From Phaeosaccion multiseriatum (lineage: Eukaryota; Protista; Ochrophyta, other classes): 64,000 nucleotides of DNA. The DNA is taken from contig OZ218963.1 in NCBI GenBank assembly GCA_965112735.1, positions 1,240,001-1,304,000 on the forward strand, written 5' to 3'. The position numbers and the translations under genes are program-made. This document shows, piece by piece, positions 13,601 through 21,286 of the stretch. How positions within the stretch are numbered: position 1 is the first letter of the stretch; the number at the start of each line of letters is the position of its first letter. The notes below the pieces were generated by a model that was not told where the DNA came from, searched no databases, and worked only from the letters and a program-made list of their open reading frames with translations.

Positions 13601-14608
13601 ATCCACCTCTGGCGAGCCCTCGTCCACCCACGCCAGCTCCAGCACCTCCGGTTGAGTGCGAGACACTTGCACGCTGGACGGCGTCAGCGGCACCGCGTAC
13701 ACTCGGATGGATGAGCTGTCGAAGGCCGTCATGTTGTTGGCCGAAGAGCCGTACACCTCCGCCGCAGAGAGCATGGGCTTGCCGCCGGAGGTGAGGTTTG
13801 TGCACAGCAGGTATGCGTACTCCAGCATGGACGAGTCATCGGCGAAGGCCACGGTGAGGGAGCTGCCGTAACTGCCGCCGCTCGACGTGGACAGGCCGCA
13901 GTCCCCATGGTCCAGGCTGTCTTGGCTCAGGGTGAGCAGCACCGACAGCCCGCCCACCTGCACCAGGCCGCTGGTATTGCTCGTCAGCCCCACTCCGATC
14001 TGGTGTGCGCGGTCCTCCTCCACGTGGTCCTGCCCCAGCTCCCTCCCCGTCGATGTGAGGGATACGTCAATGGCCCCATATATTCCTTGGCGGGGGCAGA
14101 AGGATTTTGTCACAGCGAAGGACGTTAGCATACTAGGGCAAGGGCATTGAAGAGAGGAAGCCACAACACGGGTTTTGCTCTGCGTGCTATCATACCCTCC
14201 ACGCTAAGATTTGACCGCACGCCCTTTTTGCTCACCCGTAGACCTCGATATAGACTCAGATGAGCTTCCTGTGCCGTTTACATTAAATCCAGCCACTTTG
14301 ATGAAGTATGTCGTGCTCTGATTTAAGCCCGTCAAGATCTTGCTCTTTTGGGCAGCAGAAGCCGACCATTTATCCTCGCGAGTCTCGCTTGCATCCGGCG
14401 ATGCCTGTGAAGTGCTGTACTCCACAGTCCAGCCCTCTGCGCTCGGCGATCCGTCATCTACCCACCCGACCTCTAGCGTCGCCGGCTGGGCCGACAAGAC
14501 GTCCAGCTCGGTGGGCGGCAAGGGCAGACCACTCTGGGCCGAGCTCTGCTCCACGCGGACGAGGAGCAACAGGGCCAAAACGAGTGTCTGGGCCAGCAGC
14601 AGCATCAT
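1..14608 (-). CDS. Giant secreted/cell-surface protein: signal peptide, 7 fibronectin type III domains and Ig-like repeats (3' end outside window; >=2,634 aa in window)
   Basis: Signal peptide MMLLLAQTLVLALLLLVRVEQSSAQ. FN3 motifs (P..P..V.V...LELAW...GWVVEY...GLNQSTTYWVRVAGYN...G.WS). Many N-x-S/T sequons. Phase-consistent GT-AG exons: 14608-14236, 14085-13390, 13058-12363, 12034-11339, 11038-10343, 10035-9340, 8985-7750, 7292-6886, 6683-6587, 6010-5844, 5576-5226, 4920-4685, 4378-3870, 3519-3472, 2963-2869, 2447-2274, 1693-1624, 1346-1226, 728-339, 148-<1. Confidence 0.85.
925..1236. repeat. 33-38-bp intronic minisatellite (consensus gatacgcctactgctcatgctcacactcaccatt); each unit carries a copy of the exon end and 5' splice site
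   Basis: About 8 copies of ctcaccattg (minus strand CAATG|GTGAGT). The last copy, at 1221-1230, is the real exon/intron junction. Confidence 0.9.
3120..3460. repeat. Intronic (CCCT)n/(GAGG)n microsatellite
   Basis: Directly visible ~340-bp imperfect tetranucleotide tract next to the donor at 3471. Confidence 0.95.
3726..3859. repeat. Intronic (GTCA)n microsatellite
   Basis: Directly visible tetranucleotide tract next to the donor at 3869. Confidence 0.95.
6121..6410. repeat. Intronic (GACA)n microsatellite
   Basis: Directly visible ~290-bp tract. It produces the spurious CLSV-repeat ORFs. Confidence 0.95.
8924..14085 (-). repeat. Tandem array of five ~1.0-kb exon+intron units (696-bp exon plus 300-354-bp intron), plus the first ~60 nt of a sixth, divergent exon
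   Basis: Exon starts at 14085, 13058, 12034, 11038, 10035 and 8985 (periods 1027, 1024, 996, 1003, 1050). The translated cassettes differ at only a handful of residues. Introns differ mainly in (CACG/CA)n length and small indels. Confidence 0.97.
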
Positions 14609-14993
14609 GGCTGTATTAAGCTCACATGCTTCCTTCTATTCACCGTACACATCCTCTATTAAATCACCATCATGTGTGAAGAAATGTATCGAGTCAACCG
14701 CCAATGGATGGCACCCGACGCGAAAACACAAACACAAACTGGCACTTCGGATTGTAGTCACTTTTTCGACCTTTTCTTCCCTTCCTTCCATGATCCGGCT
14801 GGCTGCATGGTTCAATAATGTGATAATCAAGTCCAGGGCCGAAGAGTGATGCAGGGAGTAGAAAGTGAGAGGATAGATACATACGAGAGGCATTTCTTGG
14901 TTTTGGAGCAACTATATTAACAGCAAGCACCCGGCCACTCCTTCCTTGCAGAGAGAGGAGGGTCGGTCACGGCCAGCGGGAAAGTACAGTAGC

Positions 14994-15543
14994 CTATGCT
15001 TTGAGTGCGTACCGCCGGACGGGGAAGTTGGCCGCTCGCTTGGCTGCGCGAGTCGTCTTGAGGCCGGCCTGCTTCTTGGTGAGTTGCCTGCGAATGGCAC
15101 GGGTCTTCTTCGCCCTCAAGTCGAGGGGAATGTACTTGGCCTTGGCATACTGCTCCCGGAGCTGTGTGGGGTGGGGTAGTGTCGGGCGGGCAAACACACA
15201 TTGGGGTCGGAGGCGGTGTAGGGTGAGGAGAGGGCGCGACGAGAAGTGTACTACATTCCTTCTACTTTGCGGACCCGCATAATGAACATCGCCCTAACAG
15301 GAGAGTGGAAGACAAAGCTGCTGCCACACACTAAACTAAGGCATTGGTTGCGCTGGCTGCTGCTGCTTCTCGCCCCTCTCAAACCTCTTGTCACCGCCAC
15401 TGACCTTCTCCTTTTGCGTCTGGTTGTAGACGGTGAGGACGCGGGCGATGGACTTGCGCACCACCTTGATCTTCGCCAACTTGGAGGCGGCACCGGCGGT
15501 CACCTTGGCCACGCGCAGCTGTGTGTGTGTGCGTGTGTGTGTG

Positions 15544-15588
<45 letters not shown>

Positions 15589-17033
15589 GCGTGTGCATAT
15601 ACGATACGTCGATGGAGTGGGGGTGCGGGGTGCATGATGGAGAAGGAGCAAGTGGTCATGCATAGCATTGGATGATAGAAGAGCAAGTGGCCATGCATTG
15701 CAATGGATGATAGAAGGAAGGGCATTGCAATTGCGCGGGGGAGAGCCGCGTCGCGCCACGTGGATGAGCACCTTACGTAAGCACCTTTTACGAAGCAGCA
15801 TTGGCAAAAAGACCCAAGGAAGGGGAGGGCAGAGAGGGAGAAGAGAGAGACTATGGCAGGAGAAGAAGATGCGACAAACAAGCCTCCGCCGCAGGAGCAG
15901 CGTCAATACCAGTGCCGAACCACCAAGCCTCCCCCGCTTGCGACAACCAACGCACGCACCTGCGAGAGCTCGAGCCTGAGGTCCTCAAGCTGCCTGCTCA
16001 GGTCAGCCTTGCTCTTAGTGCGGAGCTCGTGCGCCTTGACCTTGACTGTAAGCGAGAAGGGGGGAAGAGAAGACGGGGTGGAGCAGATGAAGGGGCGGCT
16101 GGGTGAGTGAGAGGGAGGGGCGGGGGGAGGCTTCGACCTTCGAGTCACAAAAGAGGGTAGAATAGAAGGAAGACCAGGAGACTGTCTGCGGAGACCGGAC
16201 GCGTAGGAAAAATACCGCCTGCCGCAGATACGTCTCGAATCTTCTTGGTCCTTCCTGACTGTGTAAGGACTGGACTGCCATGCCAGAGCTCTCCCAAACG
16301 CCCCATCATCATCATCCTCCTCCTCCTCCTCCTCCTTAGCCCTCTTCGCTCCGCTCGCCCTCTCCTCGTCGTCATCCACACTCCTCTGGCCCATAAAACA
16401 AGCGTTAACGACAGCCGCCAAGGTGACCAAAAGCTCTGTGCTGCTCAGCCAGGGGTTCTTCACACAAATCGCTCCGGAAGGTCAGGCCACAAAGCGAAGA
16501 GGGGCCGGAGGCCACGGAATGCGGCTGCAGTATACCAAATCGCTGTCCAATTAAGGGACTCCGCCTCCATTGCTGACAGTTGTGCTGCTGCGGCTCCTTC
16601 TCACCACATGTCCGTCATGCTCAGATCCTGCCCTCAAGCGTTTGCGGGGCTATCATAGCAGCAGCAGTAGCAGTAGCAGCAGTATGGTTCGCCCTCAACA
16701 TATACGAGCCCGGGCTGTCACTGAATACCAACCCCACCTCTCGCCCCCCCCAAGTGGCCTGTGCTTCCCAAGCTTCCCCCACGCAGGCCATTATTGTTGG
16801 CTGAGAAATGTGGAAGCGTATGATCCACCGTACGGGATCTGATGTTAGCATTGCAGTCAGCCAGCTCCCAAGGCATCCTTTCGCCGTGGACGGTACGACA
16901 GCGGCAGGCAGCAGCAGCAAAATGCCAGCCCACAGGAGAGACCTTGCTGCCAATGCCAACATTCTTGCCTTCCGACTCGCGCAAGGTGAGAGAAGCCGGA
17001 GAAACCGAAAGAGCACTTCTGTCCACCACGAGG

Positions 17034-17070
<37 letters not shown>

Positions 17071-17227
17071 ATATGCTGCTGCTGCTGCTGCTCTCCTGCA
17101 GCTGCTGATAACACCTTGGCTCTCTCCCCCTCCTTCCATCTCCCTTCTTCACCCTCACACATCTGCAAGCTACGTCAAGTATCACACAGCGCTTCCGAAG
17201 CCGCTTGCCCCCTCCATACTCACCCAT
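14994..17227 (-). CDS. RPL35: 60S ribosomal protein L35 (uL29), 123 aa
   Basis: Exons 17227-17224 (ATGG|GTGAGT), 16045-15960, 15518-15405 and 15161-14994 give [63 protein letters not shown]...[19 protein letters not shown]...[10 protein letters not shown]. Sequence and length (372 nt) are typical of uL29. Confidence 0.96.
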
Positions 17228-17417
17228 GTTCTCCGTGTTAATCTGCTCACTTTAAGCCTCCTCCGCCAGTCCCTGGTCAGCCACCAAATCGAAACTTAGA
17301 ACTTAATGAGACTTACGTAAGGAAGGGTTTCCGATCGACGTGTTTTGCTGCTGGCTGCCGGCGGCTATCGCCCGACCCTCTAGCCACCCCCTTGTTTGGG
17401 GTCTGCAGGTAGTGAGG
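17228..17417. promoter_or_regulatory. Probable bidirectional promoter region for RPL35/LSM5 (190 bp between ATGs)
   Basis: Divergent start codons at 17227 (-) and 17418 (+). Contains the palindrome CTTACGTAAG (17312-17321). Confidence 0.6.
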
Positions 17418-17988
17418 ATGGCGGGCAGATTGCTGCCGCTGGAGCTGATAGACAAGTGTATTGGATCCAGGCTTTGGATCATCATGAAAGGAGACAAGGA
17501 GGTGGTGGGGACGCTGCGAGGCTTCGATGATTTTGTCAACATGTGAGTGGGATCTCAACTCTCTTCAGAGGGAGGAAGGTGGATGGGGCGAGTGGGTGCA
17601 GGCAAAGCTTTGGAGGGTCTTGAAGCAAGATGGGTGCTTAGCCCATCATCTGCTTGGTTCAATTGAACGAACGTCCCACGACAAGCCTACTATCAACCGC
17701 TGTTCTCTTCCTCGCGCCACCTCGTTTCGAAGTCAACTCACGCGGCGGCCTCCTTCTGTACTTGTTCTGCACCCACCCCCCTCCTCCAATCGACTCTTGT
17801 GACCAAGCAGGGTTCTAGAGGACGTTACGGAGTACGAGATTGGGGTAGACGGGAGCAAGCGGAAGGTCCAGCTGGACCAGATTTTGCTCAATGGGAATAA
17901 CATTGTGTTACTAGTACCTGGGTCTGGGCCAGAAGAGGAGTCTGCACCAGCGCCTTCAGTAGAGCAGCAGGATGGAGCAGGCGTATAG
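17418..17988 (+). CDS. LSM5: U6 snRNA-associated Sm-like protein LSm5
   Basis: Exons 17418-17542 and 17811-17988: [51 protein letters not shown]...[18 protein letters not shown], the diagnostic LSm5 Sm1/Sm2 sequence. Confidence 0.96.
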
Positions 17989-18257
17989 GGGCGAGCCAAA
18001 GCATCGATCCCATGTGGGCCACTGCTACTCTGTTCTCACGAGGATGATGCAAACCTGACAAATATCAAATACTACTTTGAAGTACTTCTTTGGGGGAGGG
18101 AGACAACTCCGACAAACTCAATTTAACGTAACAAGACGACGAGAGAAGAGCTTGTGGTGCACACTGAAAGGGGGGGCATTTGCTGCCTAGCAGTTGTGCT
18201 GGTGCTGTATGGCACCGCGGTGCTCTTTTGAATGACTCTCTCTCTCTGCCTGCCTGT

Positions 18258-21173
18258 TCACCTTCTCAACTTGTCCCTCGCCCTGCTCTTGCTGCTGCTA
18301 CTACCGCTTGTTCTCGCACGTGACGCCCCTCCTCCCGCTGTTGTTGCACTGGCTCCCCCGAGACTAAATGCGGCCCCAAACCCACCGGCAGCAGCGGGGG
18401 GGGGTGCGAACCCACCCGCTGCGCTGAAGGATCCGCTCCCCACCGCAGGGGGCCCAGCTGCCAAGGACGGAGTAAAGGAAGTAGGAGCAGCAGCAGCAGC
18501 AGCAGCTGGTGTGCTGCCACCGCCCCCGAACGAGAAAGTCGAAGGAGCAGCGGGAGGACCTGCCGCCGAGGCTCCTCCTCCACCACCGAAAGAAAAAGTC
18601 TCAGAGGAGGGTGGTGGTGCTGGTGCCGCAGCCCCTGTTGGTGCACTGTTCCCGAAGGAGAAGGCCGCGGCACTTGGTGCTGCTGGTGCCGCTGGTACTG
18701 CTGGTGCTGCTGGTACCGCTGGTACTGCTGGTACTGCTGCTGTCGTTGATGTTGAATTGGGTGTGCTGGTGACACCTTGGCCAAAGCTGAACGTCGTTGG
18801 TGCAGGTGGGGCTGCTGGTTTTGATACATCAGGTGCAGGTGGTACTGCTGCTGCTGCTGCTGTTGCTGCTGCTGGTGATGGTGCGAACCCGCCAAACGAA
18901 AACGCTGCTGCTGGCCCCGCTCCTCCTGATGACCCCGTTGCTGGTCCGGCTGCTTCGCCTTTCGTGGAAAGGACACTGGAAGATGACGCCGTGGCTTCTC
19001 CGAAGACGACTGGAGTAGGTGGCTCTGCCCCTGCCCCTGCTGCAGGATGATTCGCAGAGTTGGTCGAGCTCACCGGCGCAGCAGCTCCGAAAGTGAAGCC
19101 AGCAGCAGGAGCAGGTGCAGTGGAAAGTGAAGGAACAGCAGCAGAAGGATCTGCCGAGGCTGCGACGGTTACAACGGGTGCCGTGACCGAGGCGGCCGCA
19201 GGGGCTTGGGCTGGTGGAGGTGGTGCTTGTCCTCCGCTGGCAAAGGATGACACGGTAGCGGAAGGAGGGGCAGCTGTTGTTGAAGCAGCAGAGGCGGCAT
19301 CTTCCGCGAGCGGCTTTAAGTCCTGCTGGGAGAGAGACTGAAACTGCTGCTGCTGCTCCTGCTGCTCCTGCTGCTCCTCCTCCTCTTCCTCTTGATGGGT
19401 GGCCGGAATGGCTGGCGAGTAGCGGTACCTCTGATCCGGAGCTTGGGAGGCCGAGGACAGAATAGCCCATACTCGTTTTTCTGCCTCTTGGCTCTCCATT
19501 CCCCCGCTGGCACCCACATCATAGCTCCCCCTTTTGTGGTGCAAGTACTGCGGCTGACGCTGATGCTGCTGCTGCTGCTGCTGCTGTGGCTGCTGTCCTT
19601 CCTGCCGCCTATCAGTGGCAGCTGTGATCGCAGCGACGGCGGCGTCCGCGGTGGGTCTAAAGGCCGAGGAAGATGACCCTCCCCAGAGGACTGTGGGCAC
19701 CGCAGACGGTCGTGGCGGTGGTGGGGCGTGAGAGTTCCGACGCGCCCGCTTTGAGTGTCCCTCGTCCCCCTCCTCCTCGTCCTCCTCGTCGTCCTCCTCG
19801 TCGTCCTCTGCGCCCTTCCTGCCCACGTGAGATTGAGGAAGAGGCCGCTTGGATCCCTTCTTCTTCGACGCCATTTCGCCCCCGTCCCCCGCCTTCTCCT
19901 CCTCCTCCTCCTCGTCGTCGTCGTCCTCGTCGTCTTCCATAAAGTACCTCCCCCCTGTGCTGCCGCCGCTACTGTGCCGCCTGGTCTGCGCCGTCTTCAT
20001 CTGAGAACCATCACCACCATCACTGTCTGCGCTGCCGCTTGCGTCTTCTTCCTCCATACTATCATCGCTGTCGCTACCCCCGTGAATGTAGTCTTCTTCT
20101 ATGATTTCCTCAATGTCGATCTCCTCCTCCCCTCTCCGAATCTTGCCAGCCCTCTGGTGTTCGGTGTCGGAGTCACGTCTGCCTTTTCGCTTGCCCAAAG
20201 CCGAAGCAGGAGATGGTTCTGCCACTTCTTCCGCCACTGAGCCCAGCTGGTGCTGCTTCTTCGTCGGCGGAGATATATCTTGCTCATGATGTTGTTGTTG
20301 TTCTTGTTGTTGTTTTTGTCGCTGCTGCTGCTGCTGCTCATCCCCTCGCCGACGCTTCCCCAAATTTCCTCCTGGCTGGGGCTGTTGCTGCTGCTGCTGC
20401 TGGAAAGAAGGATGACACTGCCGCTCTTGCCGTGGCTCCTGCTTCCAGGTTTCACTCAGTGGCGACTTTTGGCGGCGCGGCTGCTGCTGCTGCTGCTGCT
20501 GCGGCTGGCGCCTACCCACTCCAGGTGTTGCTGCTGCTGCCGCTGTCCCGGGACCATCCCCTTCGCTTCTATGGTCCTTCCTTCGCCGGGCACCCACGCC
20601 CTCGCGGCCATCGCTCTTCCAAGACCTCTCTTTGTACTCCCCAGCCACCACAGATGGCGCTTGCCCTCCTCCTCCTCCACCTGCTCCAAAGGCTGCCGCT
20701 GCTGCTGCTGCTCGCCTGCTTTCCCTTCTCCTCCTCCGTACTGCCGCTTCCTCCCTCCTCATCCTGCGAGCGTGAATCTGGCCCAGAATTGCCGCTATTC
20801 CGGTGAAGGGGAGCAATGCCAACACGCTGTCGAAGGCCAAGCTCATCAAGATACTCGACACGCACACGCCCACCCGCATAAACGGTGGCAACTTCTCCCA
20901 GCCCTGCAAAATCTTTGAGGAGTCGAACCCGGCTCTCGGAGTGCCACTGCTCCCGCCACCATCCTCATCGAAGTCTTCATCATCCCGATTGTCGAAGGGA
21001 ATGGCCAGACCGACCCAAATGGCCGCCCCAAGCGCCGCCGCCTTGAGCACCAGGCTCACACCCACACCTGACCCGCCCAACAACAACGGCAGCCGAACCA
21101 GGAGGTTGGTGACTAGTATTGAGGCCATCAGTGGCAGCGGAAGCTGCAAGCGCGACAAGCGGATCTTCACCAT
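18258..21173 (-). CDS. Putative transmembrane FG-nucleoporin (POM121-like architecture), 971 aa, intronless
   Basis: Hydrophobic N-terminal segments at about aa 14-61 and 98-133. Basic NLS-like clusters (LGKRRRG, LGKRKGRR, SKKKGSKR, SKRARR). Six F(S/T)FG motifs plus VVFG/GGFG/FSLG in Ala/Pro/Ser/Thr spacers. Basic tail SRARDKLRR. Confidence 0.65.
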   Translation of the reverse strand: MVKIRLSRLQLPLPLMASILVTNLLVRLPLLLGGSGVGVSLVLKAAALGAAIWVGLAIPFDNRDDEDFDEDGGGSSGTPRAGFDSSKILQGWEKLPPFMRVGVCVSSILMSLAFDSVLALLPFTGIAAILGQIHARRMRREEAAVRRRRRESRRAAAAAAAFGAGGGGGGQAPSVVAGEYKERSWKSDGREGVGARRRKDHRSEGDGPGTAAAAATPGVGRRQPQQQQQQQPRRQKSPLSETWKQEPRQERQCHPSFQQQQQQQPQPGGNLGKRRRGDEQQQQQRQKQQQEQQQHHEQDISPPTKKQHQLGSVAEEVAEPSPASALGKRKGRRDSDTEHQRAGKIRRGEEEIDIEEIIEEDYIHGGSDSDDSMEEEDASGSADSDGGDGSQMKTAQTRRHSSGGSTGGRYFMEDDEDDDDEEEEEEKAGDGGEMASKKKGSKRPLPQSHVGRKGAEDDEEDDEEDEEEGDEGHSKRARRNSHAPPPPRPSAVPTVLWGGSSSSAFRPTADAAVAAITAATDRRQEGQQPQQQQQQQHQRQPQYLHHKRGSYDVGASGGMESQEAEKRVWAILSSASQAPDQRYRYSPAIPATHQEEEEEEQQEQQEQQQQFQSLSQQDLKPLAEDAASAASTTAAPPSATVSSFASGGQAPPPPAQAPAAASVTAPVVTVAASADPSAAVPSLSTAPAPAAGFTFGAAAPVSSTNSANHPAAGAGAEPPTPVVFGEATASSSSVLSTKGEAAGPATGSSGGAGPAAAFSFGGFAPSPAAATAAAAAVPPAPDVSKPAAPPAPTTFSFGQGVTSTPNSTSTTAAVPAVPAVPAAPAVPAAPAAPSAAAFSFGNSAPTGAAAPAPPPSSETFSFGGGGGASAAGPPAAPSTFSFGGGGSTPAAAAAAAPTSFTPSLAAGPPAVGSGSFSAAGGFAPPPAAAGGFGAAFSLGGASATTAGGGASRARTSGSSSSKSRARDKLRR

Positions 21174-21286
21174 CGTGGTGGTGGGGATGGGGGGAGGAGA
21201 GTCAGTTTTTCGATGTACAGGTGTCAGGACCCCGGCAGTTGAGGGAAAAGGGAAAATGAATAGGCATCGAGAAGGACAATATCTCG
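21174..21286. promoter_or_regulatory. Probable bidirectional promoter region (113 bp between ATGs)
   Basis: Divergent ATGs at 21173 (-) and 21287 (+). Confidence 0.55.

Noticed and set aside
8924-14085. 1-kb repeats as transposon/introner copies or five separate 213-aa genes
   Set aside because: No TIR, LTR, TSD or transposase. The units splice in frame into one gene, and the ORF-track starts are internal GTG/TTG codons.
16620-16660. SECIS-like or C/D-box-like AUGA...AAA...GA / CUGA motif on the - strand
   Set aside because: Weak helix, non-canonical C box, intronic position, and no in-frame UGA gene nearby.
18232-19050. 272-aa + strand ORF and other long antisense ORFs (e.g. 23857-25086, 33605-34846, 54039-54986)
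   Set aside because: These are shadows of GC-rich low-complexity coding sequence on the opposite strand, with no independent motifs.
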